64,000 nucleotides of DNA from Candidatus Omnitrophota bacterium (lineage in GTDB: Bacteria; Omnitrophota; Gorgyraeia; DTHP01), in contig JAMWCW010000007.1 of assembly GCA_023819145.1 (NCBI GenBank), forward strand, positions 16,876 through 80,875. The letters run 5' to 3'. A model generated the notes under the pieces. That model did no database searches. It was not told where the DNA came from and saw only the letters and a list, made by a program, of their open reading frames with translations. This document shows positions 1-10,477 of this stretch, in pieces. The translations under genes and the position numbers were made by a program. Numbering within the stretch: position 1 is the stretch's first letter; every line of letters starts with the position of its first letter.

Positions 1-1010
1 TTGTTTTTTATTATATCACAGATAAAATAATAAGTCTTTTCTTGATTTAAATCTTTCTCGTCTATAAAAAAAAGACTGTTTCTTTGGCTATAATAGAGCG
101 CATTCAGAAACTGGTGCTTTTCGGCATAAGGATAGGGAATTACAACTGCGGGTTTGGCAAAAAAAGATAACTCATTCAAAGTAGAAGCACCTGCCCTTCC
201 AATAACTAAGTCCGCTGAGCTATAGAGGGCTCCCATATCTTCATAGAAGGGAAAAACTTTAGCAAGGATACCTAATTTTTTATACCTTTCCGCTACCCAT
301 TCTAAATCCTTTAAACCAGTAAGATGAATAATCTGTATTTTAATATTTTCTTTTATTATCTTCTCACATAGATTAAGAAAATAATTATTGATAACGTTTG
401 CCCCCTGACTACCTCCTAATATAAGAATAGTAAAAAAAGAGGCTTCAAGTCCAAGACTGGATAAAGCTTTTTCCCTATCCATAACTAATAAGTCCGGTCG
501 AAGAGGATTACCGGTAAATATAAGCTGGCTTCTTCTAAGATATTGTTTCGTATCTTCAAAACTAACCGCTATTACATTGGCAAAATAAGAAAGCAAACGA
601 TTTGCTTTGCCCGGATAAACATTCTGTTCATGAACTAATGTGGGTATGCGCAATAAGAAAGCAGAAAGAATCAAGGGTAAAGAAAGAATTCCTCCAAAGC
701 CCACTACTACTCGAGGATGAGAAAGTAAAACCAACAAGAACGAATAGATAACCCCTCGTATAGTATTAGAAATGAACCTAAACCATTCACAAAATCCTCC
801 CCTTTTAAAAGGAAAAATAGGAATGATTAATATCTTGATATTAGGAATTTTCTCTTTAATATAATTAGCTATCCTCTTTTCTTCAGCTCGCCCAGAAATA
901 ACAAACATAATCTCAAAAGATTTCTTTCTTTTTTGCATTTCGTAAACCAAGGCAAAAGCCGGAAAGAGATGTCCTCCACTTCCCCCTCCAACTACTAATA
1001 TTCTTTCCAT
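1..1010 (-). CDS. murG: UDP-N-acetylglucosamine--N-acetylmuramyl-(pentapeptide) pyrophosphoryl-undecaprenol N-acetylglucosamine transferase MurG (partial, C-terminus beyond window start)
   Basis: rc translation from ATG at 1008-1010 gives MERILVVGGGSGGHLFPA... (glycine-rich MurG N-terminus). In-frame to position 1 without stop. Position in dcw cluster after ftsW. Confidence 0.85.
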   Translation of the reverse strand, partial: MERILVVGGGSGGHLFPAFALVYEMQKRKKSFEIMFVISGRAEEKRIANYIKEKIPNIKILIIPIFPFKRGGFCEWFRFISNTIRGVIYSFLLVLLSHPRVVVGFGGILSLPLILSAFLLRIPTLVHEQNVYPGKANRLLSYFANVIAVSFEDTKQYLRRSQLIFTGNPLRPDLLVMDREKALSSLGLEASFFTILILGGSQGANVINNYFLNLCEKIIKENIKIQIIHLTGLKDLEWVAERYKKLGILAKVFPFYEDMGALYSSADLVIGRAGASTLNELSFFAKPAVVIPYPYAEKHQFLNALYYSQRNSLFFIDEKDLNQEKTYYFICDIIKN

Positions 1011-2101
1011 CTAATCCTTTTCTTCTCCCGGGCAATATTTAAAAGCAAAGCAACATAGGCGAGGTTAAAGATGAGAGCAGAACCTCCATAACTGATAAAA
1101 GGCAGGGGCAAGCCTTTCGTAGGTAATACCCCTACTGTAACTCCTATATTAACCAAAACCTGTATAGCTAAAATAGAAATAATCCCAAGGCTAAGGAATT
1201 GACCAAACTCGTCTTGTATCCGAAAAGGTATTTTGAAGGCTTCCCAAAAAAGAATCCCGAAGAGGATTATTACCAAAAGTGCTCCCAGAAGACCTAATTC
1301 CTCCCCCAATATAGAAAAAATAAAATCAGTATGAGCAGCGGGAAGATATAAAAGTTTCTGCCTGCTCTGGCCAAGCCCTCTCCCTAAAATACCTCCTGAA
1401 CCGAAAGCGACTAATGACTGAACTATCTGAAAACCTGTACCCCGTGGATCAGCCCAAGGGTCTAAAAAAGCAAGAATTCTCTTTCTTCGATAGGGGGTAG
1501 AGAATATAGCTATAAAAAGAATAGGCAAAGAAATCAGTATTAAATTGAAAATACATCTCAACCCCACCCCAAAAACAATCATAAAAATTAAAAGAATAAC
1601 TCCTACCAGAAAAGCCGTACCCATATCGGGCTGAATCAAAATAATACCCGCCATCAGAAAGGTAACCAACATTAGAGGAATAAGGTTATAAAAATTACTC
1701 TTTATCAGATTTTTTTTGCGCACAAAAAAATCAGCGGTATACACCAATAGAGAAAACTTTGCTAATTCGGAAGGTTGAAAACTGAAAATACCAAACTTAA
1801 ACCATCTTCTTGCTCCTCCAATAGACTGCCCTATTCCTGGAATAAGCACCGCTATCAGAAGCAAAAAAGAAATCATTATAAGAAGCCTGCTGTATTTTCT
1901 TAAAAGAGAATAATCCCATTGGAGAAAAAAATAGAAAACAAACATACCTAAAAAAAGATAAAAAAGATGCCTCTTTAGATAATAAGCACTATCGTGAAGA
2001 CGCTCGTAGGCGAATACCCCCGAAGCAGAATAAATCATCACTACACCAATGGCAAGTAAAATAACTGTAACAAAAAATATCCTTCTCCTTATTTCGCGCA
2101 T
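995..2101 (-). CDS. ftsW: cell division protein FtsW (SEDS family peptidoglycan glycosyltransferase)
   Basis: 368 aa polytopic membrane protein with FtsW/RodA-like sequence, between murD and murG in the dcw cluster. Confidence 0.9.
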   Translation of the reverse strand: MREIRRRIFFVTVILLAIGVVMIYSASGVFAYERLHDSAYYLKRHLFYLFLGMFVFYFFLQWDYSLLRKYSRLLIMISFLLLIAVLIPGIGQSIGGARRWFKFGIFSFQPSELAKFSLLVYTADFFVRKKNLIKSNFYNLIPLMLVTFLMAGIILIQPDMGTAFLVGVILLIFMIVFGVGLRCIFNLILISLPILFIAIFSTPYRRKRILAFLDPWADPRGTGFQIVQSLVAFGSGGILGRGLGQSRQKLLYLPAAHTDFIFSILGEELGLLGALLVIILFGILFWEAFKIPFRIQDEFGQFLSLGIISILAIQVLVNIGVTVGVLPTKGLPLPFISYGGSALIFNLAYVALLLNIAREKKRIRWKEY

Positions 2102-3372
2102 AATGTCTTCTTCAAATTCAAAACTATATTCTTAAAAACTATTCCGCGGTGTTCATAATTTTCAAACATATCAAAACTTGCACACATCGGAGAAAGCAAT
2201 ACTATATCGCTTTCTTTAGCAATCAAATAAGCGTAGTCAACTGCTTCTTCTAAACGCTTAAATTTTTCTACTGGCATCCTCCCTGCCACTGCCTTCTCTA
2301 TCTTTTCCGCTCCTTCTCCAATAAGAATAAGATATTTGACTTTTTCCTGAAGCCAATCGGAGATAATTGTAAAATCTTGTCCTTTATCTTTTCCTCCCGC
2401 AATTAGAATTACTTTTTGTCTAAAGGAACTTAAACTATAACGGGTTGAATGAATGTTGGTGGCTTTTGAATCATTTATGAATTTAACACCACCAAATTCT
2501 GCAACAAATTCGCACCGATGAGGAAGCCCTTGAAAATCTCGAAATATAGAAAGGGTCAACTCTTTGGAGATACCCAAAACAGAACAAATTTTAAGAATTG
2601 CTTTTTGATTATCCGTAAGGCTCTGGTTATCATCATCATTAAAAAATAAAACCTTTGCCTTAGTTTTATCAGCAAAATTTCTGGTAATGGGGTCTTCATA
2701 ATTAAGAATTAAATAATCCGATGCGGTCTGATTTACAAAAATCTTTTCCTTAGCTTTAATATATTCTGCAAAAGAACTGTAACGGTCAAGATGGTCAGGT
2801 GTAATATTCAAAACTACCGCAATGTATGGCTTAAAGGCATTAATATTTTCTAACTGGAAAGAACTGACCTCTAGTACTACATAACTATTGGGGGTTAACT
2901 TATCCAGTTCCCCTGTGAAAGGATTACCAATATTACCACAAACCACATTAGGTATTCCTGCTCTCTCTAACACCTTACCTATAAGGGTAGTTACCGTAGT
3001 TTTACCATTTGTGCCGGTGATGGCGATAATTGGGGACGGGGAAAGGAAATATCCCAATTCTATCTCGCTGATTATGGGAATACAGTTGTTTTTTGCTCTT
3101 TCTAATAATGAAATAGTGGAAGGAATACCAGGGCTGATTACAATCAAGTCCTTTAATTCTACAAAATTGGGGGAGTGTCTTCCAAGCTCTACCTGAAACC
3201 CTTCTTCTTTCAACTGATATGCAAGGTTTCTTAAGTAGGGGGTCTCCTGAATCTCGCTTATCCAAACCTCTGCCCCTATTTTCTTTAAAGTTTTTGCCGC
3301 CGAAAGTCCACTCTTCCCCAAACCTAAAACTAAAACTTTTTTGTTACAAAAACCCCCAACATTTAAATCCAT
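2089..3372 (-). CDS. murD: UDP-N-acetylmuramoylalanine--D-glutamate ligase MurD
   Basis: 427 aa. Mur ligase ATP-binding motif ITGTNGKTT. Position between mraY and ftsW. Confidence 0.92.
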   Translation of the reverse strand: MDLNVGGFCNKKVLVLGLGKSGLSAAKTLKKIGAEVWISEIQETPYLRNLAYQLKEEGFQVELGRHSPNFVELKDLIVISPGIPSTISLLERAKNNCIPIISEIELGYFLSPSPIIAITGTNGKTTVTTLIGKVLERAGIPNVVCGNIGNPFTGELDKLTPNSYVVLEVSSFQLENINAFKPYIAVVLNITPDHLDRYSSFAEYIKAKEKIFVNQTASDYLILNYEDPITRNFADKTKAKVLFFNDDDNQSLTDNQKAILKICSVLGISKELTLSIFRDFQGLPHRCEFVAEFGGVKFINDSKATNIHSTRYSLSSFRQKVILIAGGKDKGQDFTIISDWLQEKVKYLILIGEGAEKIEKAVAGRMPVEKFKRLEEAVDYAYLIAKESDIVLLSPMCASFDMFENYEHRGIVFKNIVLNLKKTLCAK

Positions 3373-3385
3373 ATCTACCTCTTAA

Positions 3386-4471
3386 TTAACGAATTTTCAA
3401 AGTAGTTAAGCTCAAAAGGGCCAAAATACCGGCAATTATCCAGAAACGAATAATTATCTTGGGTTCTGCCAACTTTTTAAGTTGAAAATGATGATGTAAA
3501 GGTGCCATGAGAAAAATCCTCTTTTTTCTCCAACGAAAAGAAAAAACCTGGAGGATAACAGAAAGAGCTTCCGCTACAAATATACCACCTACAAGAATCA
3601 AAAGAAGTTCCTTTTTTACCATCAAAGCTATGAGACCAATAATACCCCCTAAAGCAAGAGCACCTGTATCGCCCATGAATATAGTAGCAGGGTAACAATT
3701 ATGCCAAAGGAAACCGAGACTCGCTCCCACAAGACAAGCCATAAACACAGTAAGCTCACCTGAACCGGGAATGTAGGAAACCATAAGGTAATGGCTCAAA
3801 CGATAATTGCCGCTAATATAACACATAGCCGTATAAGCCAAACCTACCATTACAATAGAACCTATAGCTAATCCATCCAAACCGTCAGTAAGATTAACAG
3901 CGTTAGACGAACCCACAATAACCAGAATGGAAAAAACAATATAAAAAATACCAAGGTCTAAGAAAATCCCTTTTAAAAAAGGGAATTCCAAATGATGGTC
4001 TATAGCAGGGTCAAAATAGAAAGTTATCCCTACCAAAATCCCAAGGATAATCTGACCTAAAAACTTCCATCTTGGTTTCAATCCTTTAGAATTACCTTTT
4101 ATAAATTTAAGATAATCATCCCAAAAACCAAGCAACCCTAGATAGACTACGGAAAGTAAACTCAAGCGAATATAAGGATTAAAAATATCAGCCCAAAATA
4201 AAGTACTTAAAACAATAGCAGATATTATAGCTATACCCCCCATCCCGGGAGTCCCTTCTTTATGTTTAAAATTATCGTGGAGAATAAAATCCTTTTCATC
4301 GCGTAAAGGCTCTTTTATGCTATGTGTCTTTAATAACTTGGTCAGTCTATAGGTCAATATGAGGCAGATAAAGAAAGCAGTAATGCTCCCAAAAGCAGCA
4401 CGTACAGTAATATAGCGGAATATATTTAGTCCTGAACAAAATGAACGAAAAAAATGAAGAAAATAAAACAT
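3386..4471 (-). CDS. mraY: phospho-N-acetylmuramoyl-pentapeptide-transferase MraY
   Basis: 361 aa integral membrane protein with MraY-type sequence, dcw position between murF and murD. Confidence 0.92.
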   Translation of the reverse strand: MFYFLHFFRSFCSGLNIFRYITVRAAFGSITAFFICLILTYRLTKLLKTHSIKEPLRDEKDFILHDNFKHKEGTPGMGGIAIISAIVLSTLFWADIFNPYIRLSLLSVVYLGLLGFWDDYLKFIKGNSKGLKPRWKFLGQIILGILVGITFYFDPAIDHHLEFPFLKGIFLDLGIFYIVFSILVIVGSSNAVNLTDGLDGLAIGSIVMVGLAYTAMCYISGNYRLSHYLMVSYIPGSGELTVFMACLVGASLGFLWHNCYPATIFMGDTGALALGGIIGLIALMVKKELLLILVGGIFVAEALSVILQVFSFRWRKKRIFLMAPLHHHFQLKKLAEPKIIIRFWIIAGILALLSLTTLKIR

Positions 4472-4474
4472 TTT

Positions 4475-5896
4475 TTAAGATACGACGATTTTATCTATTT
4501 CCATTACCCCTTTTACAACTTCTTCCATACGCATTCCCCGCGAACCTTTAACCAATAACACATCACCATCATTTATAGTATCTTTAAGAAATTCTATAAT
4601 CTCTAGGTGCGAATTAAGATGTCTAATTTCTCTAATTTTTGCTAATGAAGTTGCCACTTCGCTTATCTCTTGGGAATAATTACCTAAAGTCAACAAAATA
4701 TCTATATCTTTATTACTCCCTAGAAACAAACCTATCTCCCGATGACATTTATAAGAATAATTACCTAATTCCAACATATCCGCCATTACTACAATCTTTC
4801 TCCCCCCCGTCTTAAAACAAGAGAGTGCTTCAATTGCAGACATTACAGAGTTTGGATTAGCATTGTAAGTATCATCTATAACAATGAATTCTTCTTCTTT
4901 ATTAAGACTGGCGTTTTTCTTTTTTATTCTAAAAATATTCATCCGCATCTTTTGAGGACAGAAATTTTTCAAATGAAATGCCATATCTTTGAGAGAAATT
5001 CCCAAAAGAGCTCCTACTGCTATAGCCGCCAGGGCATTATAAATATTGTGTTTTCCAATAAGAGGAAGATTGAAGTATACATTTCTAACCCTGAACCGCA
5101 CTTCAGCATCTGAACAGAACAAAAACTCTCCCTTAAAATCTGCATCATTTTCTAAACCGAAACTTAGAAGAGATAAATTACTTCTACGCTGCAAAAAATT
5201 TTCTCTTAAAAGAGTTTCATCATTATTAAAAACAATTGTATTATCTCTATTAAAATTACTGACCAGATGCATCTTTTCTTTTAAGACTCCTGAAGTGCTT
5301 TCTAAAAATTCCAGATGGGTTTTTCCGATGTTAGTAAATACTGCTATATTAGGCCTTACCATATCCCGCAAAACCTCCATCTCGCCTTGATGATTTATTC
5401 CTAATTCAAGGACTGCTACTTTATGATAACTATCTATCTCAAGAAGAGTAGAAGCTAATCCAATTTGATTGTTGTAATTGTAGGGAGTCTTCAAAACAGA
5501 AAAAAAAGGAGAAAGTAGATGATAGATCATCTCTTTTACCGTAGTTTTTCCATTACTCCCCGTTACGGCGATAACTGGTAACTTAAACTTACTACGATGG
5601 AAATAAGCAATCTTTCTTAAAGCTTCGAAAGTATCTTGCACCCTAATGATGCAAAATTCGGGATCTTCTCCAATGCTCATTTGACTTTCTACAATAGCTC
5701 CTCTTGTTCCTTTAGACAGAACCTCCCTGATAAAATCATGGCCGTCAAAATTTGGCCCTTTTAAAGCTACAAAAATATTTTCTGCTCTAATTGAACGTGA
5801 ATCAGTGCTAATTCCTCTAAAGACAGTTTTACTCTGGCCCTGGAGCAATTCTCCTTTTGTAATCTTCAAAATTTCTTCCGCTCTTATCTCTAACAT
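4475..5896 (-). CDS. murF: UDP-N-acetylmuramoyl-tripeptide--D-alanyl-D-alanine ligase MurF
   Basis: 473 aa. Mur ligase P-loop VTGSNGKTT. Between murE and mraY. Confidence 0.9.
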   Translation of the reverse strand: MLEIRAEEILKITKGELLQGQSKTVFRGISTDSRSIRAENIFVALKGPNFDGHDFIREVLSKGTRGAIVESQMSIGEDPEFCIIRVQDTFEALRKIAYFHRSKFKLPVIAVTGSNGKTTVKEMIYHLLSPFFSVLKTPYNYNNQIGLASTLLEIDSYHKVAVLELGINHQGEMEVLRDMVRPNIAVFTNIGKTHLEFLESTSGVLKEKMHLVSNFNRDNTIVFNNDETLLRENFLQRRSNLSLLSFGLENDADFKGEFLFCSDAEVRFRVRNVYFNLPLIGKHNIYNALAAIAVGALLGISLKDMAFHLKNFCPQKMRMNIFRIKKKNASLNKEEEFIVIDDTYNANPNSVMSAIEALSCFKTGGRKIVVMADMLELGNYSYKCHREIGLFLGSNKDIDILLTLGNYSQEISEVATSLAKIREIRHLNSHLEIIEFLKDTINDGDVLLVKGSRGMRMEEVVKGVMEIDKIVVS

Positions 5897-5901
5897 ATAA
5901 A

Positions 5902-7428
5902 TTATTTACATCTTGAAGAAATACTTTCTAAAAGAAGTTCTTTAGCCACAAGACGGTCATCAAAAGGAACGGTGATATTCTTAAATATCTGATAGGGCTC
6001 GTGTCCTTTGCCCGCAATAAGCACGATATCATTTTCTTCTGCGATAAATATTGCTTCTTTTATTGCTGCATAGCGGTCTAAAATTATCTGATATTGCTTA
6101 AACCCCTCCGGGAAACCACTCTCTATATCTCTAATGATTGCTTCAGGCTCTTCCGAACGAGGATTATCAGTGGTAAGAATTATAAAATCTGCTAACTCTG
6201 AAGCTACTTTACCCATCAAAGGCCTTTTTTCCTTGCATCTATCCCCTCCACATCCAAAAACAATTATTATTCTACCTTTAGCAAGTGTCTTGAGAGAAGA
6301 AAGTACATTCTTAAGCGCGTCATCGGTATGAGCATAATCTATAAATACCTGAAATGGTTGGCCTACATAAACAGGCTCTAGCCTCCCACTTACATAAGAA
6401 ATTTTCTCTATGCCCTCTTTTATTTTATCTAAAGCAAAATTTTCTGTTATTCCAAGAGATATCGCCGCAAGTATATTATACACATTATGCATCCCCAATA
6501 GTGAAGTTTTAATCTCCATCTCTCCATAAGGTGTCCCAACCCAAAAATGGCTTCCTTCTCTCTTCAAAGATATTTCATATGCTTCAACATCAGCAGGATT
6601 ATTTATAGCGTAAGTAATAGTTTTAGCAGAAGTGCGCATAAGCATATCTTTTCCTTTCGTATCATCCATATTAATTATAGCCCATGCAGATTGACTAAGC
6701 TTTTCAAAAAGTTTTGCCTTGGCATTGAAATAATTATCAAAATCTCCATGGTAATCAAGATGGTCTGTAGTAATATTAGTAAATATCCCTGCTTTGAAAT
6801 CTATGGCGTCAACTCTTCCCTGTTGTAAACCATGGGAAGAAACTTCCATAACCACATACTCTATCCCGTCATGTTCCATGTGGAAAAGTAATTCCTGTAG
6901 TTGAAGTGCTCCGGGTGTGGTATTTAAAGCAGGAATTATACGTTGCCCAAAACGATAGTTAATTGTCCCAATCAACCCCGTTTTGAATCCCATAGATTTT
7001 AAAATACTTTCTATAAGGTAAGTAGTAGTAGTTTTACCATTAGTCCCCGTTACACCAATAACTTTAATCCTAGAAGAAGGGCGTTTATAAAAATTAGCTG
7101 CTAATTGTGCCAATATATACCTTGTATCCTTCACCCCGATAAAGATAACATCTTTATATTTCTTAATAAACTCAATCAAGGAAACAGAAATATTATAAAT
7201 AACTACCGTTGCACCTCGTTCTATCGCTTCTTTAATAAAAGATGTCCCATCCTGAGAGTTTCCCTGTACAGCGATAAAAATAAATCCCGGCTTACATTGT
7301 TTGGAGTAGTCAGTAAGTCCCAAAATCTCCACATCTTTAAATATAGGAGCATAATCAATCACCAACCCTTCTAAAACTTCTTTTAGTTTCATTTCCCGCC
7401 CCTCTCTAATCCGGAATATCTTCAGCAA
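5902..7428 (-). CDS. murE: UDP-N-acetylmuramoyl-L-alanyl-D-glutamate--2,6-diaminopimelate ligase MurE
   Basis: 508 aa. GVTGTNGKTTTTYLI P-loop. Between ftsI and murF. Confidence 0.9.
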   Translation of the reverse strand: MLKIFRIREGREMKLKEVLEGLVIDYAPIFKDVEILGLTDYSKQCKPGFIFIAVQGNSQDGTSFIKEAIERGATVVIYNISVSLIEFIKKYKDVIFIGVKDTRYILAQLAANFYKRPSSRIKVIGVTGTNGKTTTTYLIESILKSMGFKTGLIGTINYRFGQRIIPALNTTPGALQLQELLFHMEHDGIEYVVMEVSSHGLQQGRVDAIDFKAGIFTNITTDHLDYHGDFDNYFNAKAKLFEKLSQSAWAIINMDDTKGKDMLMRTSAKTITYAINNPADVEAYEISLKREGSHFWVGTPYGEMEIKTSLLGMHNVYNILAAISLGITENFALDKIKEGIEKISYVSGRLEPVYVGQPFQVFIDYAHTDDALKNVLSSLKTLAKGRIIIVFGCGGDRCKEKRPLMGKVASELADFIILTTDNPRSEEPEAIIRDIESGFPEGFKQYQIILDRYAAIKEAIFIAEENDIVLIAGKGHEPYQIFKNITVPFDDRLVAKELLLESISSRCK

Positions 7429-9112
7429 GTTTTAAATCTATAGATAAAGAATCAAGATATTTTAAGGCATCGGTGGCTATATTCCTAAAAACTGGTGCAC
7501 AGACTACTCCTCCATAATAGGGATATGGTTCGTCCAAGACCACGCCGATGACTAACTTAGGCTTTTCTAGAGGCACAAAACCTACAAAAGAAGAAACAAA
7601 TTTGCGATGTGAATAAGTCCCATTTTCTACTTTCTGGGCAGTACCTGTCTTACCTGCAGAAATATACCCTTCTACCCTCGCCATTTTACCTGTACCGTAT
7701 TCCACAACTCCTTTTAATACTTGAGCCATCGCTTCGGCAGTAGAAGAAGAAATTACATTTCTTACCTTTTGAGGATAATTAACAACTATGGAAATCCCCT
7801 TACTATCTCTTATTTCCTTTACAATGTAAGGCTTCATAAGAAAACCACCATTGGCAATGACACACATTGCCATCGTTAGCTGAAGAAGCGTAACCATTAC
7901 CTCCTGACCAATAGGAATTGCTCCGATAGAGGTTCTAGATAATTTACTTAAAGGCCTAATAAAACCCTCAGCTTCTCCAGGTAAACCTATGCCTGTTCTT
8001 TTTCCCATTCCAAATGTATAGATATAAGGATAAAGTCTATCTAAACCCATTTTCTGCGCTATCTTTACTGTACCGATATTACTGGAAAAACCAATGACTT
8101 CTTCAAAGGTCAACCAACCATGAGGCTGGTGGTCATGAAGTATATGAGTTTTTAAATTATACGAACCTTTTTCACAAAAAAATTTCTCTTTTAGGTTAGT
8201 CGCTTTCTCCTCTAAAGCTGCTGAGGCGGTAATTATTTTAAAAGAAGAACCGGGTTCAAACATATCAACAATTGCGCGATTGCGTAGTCTATCTTTATCA
8301 ACTACTTCTTGAGGATTATTAGGATTGAAATTTGGATAATTTGCCATAGCCAAAATTTCCCCTGTATAAGGAGAAACTACAACCACCGAACCACCCAATG
8401 CCCCTGTAGCCTTAACTGCTTTCTCCAATTCGCGCTCAGCCATGTGCTGGATTACAGAATCCAAGGTCAGAATTAAATTATAACCATCAACCGGAGGTAG
8501 ATAATCAAAGTCTAAGAAAAAAATTCTCCTTCGTTTAGCATCTTTATTAGAAAGTATATATCCTTTTCTACCCTTTAGTTGTTTATCATAATATAATTCT
8601 ATTCCCTCCAAACCATTGTTATCTATGTCGCAAAATCCCAAAACAGTAGAGCCGTTATTTATCTGGGGGTAATAACGTTTGTTTTCTTTAATTAAATATA
8701 CTCCTTTCAGAGAAAGTTTTTTTAAAGCCACTGTAGCCTCTTCGTTAATCCGACGGGCTATCCAAACAAAATGCTTGTTCTGAGATAATCTTTCTAAAAC
8801 TATTCCTTTATCCAGTTCAAGAACATGCGAAAGTGCCTCTACAGTGGAATGGGGGTCGTCTATTTCTTTCGGATTGGCAAAGACTGAATCCACGGAAAGA
8901 TTAAAAGCAAGAGGTTTTACATTACGATCAAATATAGTACCTCTCTTAGGTTCGAGAGGAATACGCATTTCATACTGGCTCTGGGCAAACTTTGCAAGAA
9001 ATGGTCCACGGAATAACTGGAGATAAATTAAACGGAGAGATAAAAATAATAAACTAACAAGAATAAAAGAATATAATATATATACATACTTTTTCCTACG
9101 CTGCTCTATCAC
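7406..9112 (-). CDS. ftsI: penicillin-binding protein 2/3 family transpeptidase (FtsI-like)
   Basis: 568 aa. N-terminal TM anchor, PBP dimerisation and transpeptidase regions. Located between ftsL and murE. Confidence 0.88.
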   Translation of the reverse strand: MIEQRRKKYVYILYSFILVSLLFLSLRLIYLQLFRGPFLAKFAQSQYEMRIPLEPKRGTIFDRNVKPLAFNLSVDSVFANPKEIDDPHSTVEALSHVLELDKGIVLERLSQNKHFVWIARRINEEATVALKKLSLKGVYLIKENKRYYPQINNGSTVLGFCDIDNNGLEGIELYYDKQLKGRKGYILSNKDAKRRRIFFLDFDYLPPVDGYNLILTLDSVIQHMAERELEKAVKATGALGGSVVVVSPYTGEILAMANYPNFNPNNPQEVVDKDRLRNRAIVDMFEPGSSFKIITASAALEEKATNLKEKFFCEKGSYNLKTHILHDHQPHGWLTFEEVIGFSSNIGTVKIAQKMGLDRLYPYIYTFGMGKRTGIGLPGEAEGFIRPLSKLSRTSIGAIPIGQEVMVTLLQLTMAMCVIANGGFLMKPYIVKEIRDSKGISIVVNYPQKVRNVISSSTAEAMAQVLKGVVEYGTGKMARVEGYISAGKTGTAQKVENGTYSHRKFVSSFVGFVPLEKPKLVIGVVLDEPYPYYGGVVCAPVFRNIATDALKYLDSLSIDLKLAEDIPD

Positions 9113-9150
9113 ATTAAATAAAAAATTTCTATTAAAACGGTTATAAAAAC

Positions 9151-9528
9151 TTATGGCTTTGCTTCTGCTTCAGACCTACCCGAGAATATTCTAGAAATTA
9201 ATCTATTAACTTTATGCCAGAAAAATGTTGTTTTTGTAAATTCTGAAGATAATAAATTCTCTTTTTTCGATTCGGAAATTATTACTATAGGCTTAGTGTA
9301 TTTGAGGCCTGTGTGTTTTGCCAAAACCTTTCTTTCTAAATAAGAAGGAGATTTTAACTGGGCTACATTGTACTTCAAAATTCGATTCTGGTCAACAAGA
9401 TTATTGATTATTTTCTCTCTCTGCAGAATCTGATAACTCAATTCTATTTGATGAATACTCTGCCATACATATAGAAGAGCAGAAGCAACAAGGATAAAGA
9501 TAACAAAAAGAAATTTTATAATTTTCAT
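9151..9528 (-). CDS. ftsL: cell division protein FtsL-like (small bitopic coiled-coil protein)
   Basis: 125 aa with N-terminal TM helix then a polar region. Canonical position between rsmH and ftsI. Confidence 0.7.
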   Translation of the reverse strand: MKIIKFLFVIFILVASALLYVWQSIHQIELSYQILQREKIINNLVDQNRILKYNVAQLKSPSYLERKVLAKHTGLKYTKPIVIISESKKENLLSSEFTKTTFFWHKVNRLISRIFSGRSEAEAKP

Positions 9529-10442
9529 CTTATCCTTTCACCTAAACGTAATTTGGCACTCCTTGCCCGCGAATTTTCTGAAATCTCATCACTTTCAGGT
9601 CTAATTGGCTTTTTGGTTAATATCTTAAACAATCCGTTTTTAGCTAACTGGATAAATTTATTCTTAACAATGCGGTCTTCTAAAGAATGAAAAGAGATAA
9701 TAACAATTCTTCCTCCCAAAGAAAGAAGATTGAAAAAATTATCAAGAAAATAAATAAGGTTATCCAACTCGTTATTAACCGCGATGCGTAAAGCTTGAAA
9801 AGTTCGTGTGGCAGGATGAATATGATAACTACGATAATTTTTAGGAAGTGCCCTCAAAATGATCTCTACCAGTTCTGTGGTAGTCTCTATATTCTTTCTT
9901 TTTCGCGCGATAACAATATTGTGGACAATTCTTCTTGCAAAGCGTTCCTGAGCGTTATGCTCCAATATTTTCACTAACCCATCTTCATCCATGTAATTGA
10001 CTAAGTCAAATGCCTTAAGCCTCTGGGTTTCGTCCATACGCATGTCCAATGGTCCACCTGAACGAAAGCTAAATCCCCGTCTGCGGTCTGAAAGCTGATA
10101 TGAAGAAATACCCAAATCAAGTAGAAAACCATCCACTTTCTTTATATGTAAATCTTCTATTATTTTACTAATATCTTTAAAATTCCCCTGAACTAATTTA
10201 AAAGAACCGCTGTATTTTTTTAATCTCTCTTCTGTAATAGAGAAAATATTTCGATCGAGGTCAATTCCTATCAAGAAGCCACCCGGTAATATTTTCCTCA
10301 AAATTTCCTCCGCATGTCCACCGCTTCCTATAGTGCAATCAACGATAGTTTTACCCGGAGAAAGATTAAGATTTTCTATGACTTCTCTCAACAAAACGGG
10401 CTTATGCAAGAAATATTTCTCTGAACCATCATCTCCTATCAT
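9525..10442 (-). CDS. rsmH: 16S rRNA (cytosine1402-N4)-methyltransferase RsmH (MraW)
   Basis: HKPVLLREVIENL and SAM-MTase motifs. The ORF track extends the ORF to 10547, overlapping mraZ by 70 nt. The internal ATG at 10440-10442 (MIGDDGSEKYFLHKPVLL...) gives a normal-length N-terminus and a 35-nt gap to mraZ. Confidence 0.85.
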   Translation of the reverse strand: MIGDDGSEKYFLHKPVLLREVIENLNLSPGKTIVDCTIGSGGHAEEILRKILPGGFLIGIDLDRNIFSITEERLKKYSGSFKLVQGNFKDISKIIEDLHIKKVDGFLLDLGISSYQLSDRRRGFSFRSGGPLDMRMDETQRLKAFDLVNYMDEDGLVKILEHNAQERFARRIVHNIVIARKRKNIETTTELVEIILRALPKNYRSYHIHPATRTFQALRIAVNNELDNLIYFLDNFFNLLSLGGRIVIISFHSLEDRIVKNKFIQLAKNGLFKILTKKPIRPESDEISENSRARSAKLRLGERIR

Positions 10443-10477
10443 AGAACGGCAATAATCATCATTCAATTCTACCTTAA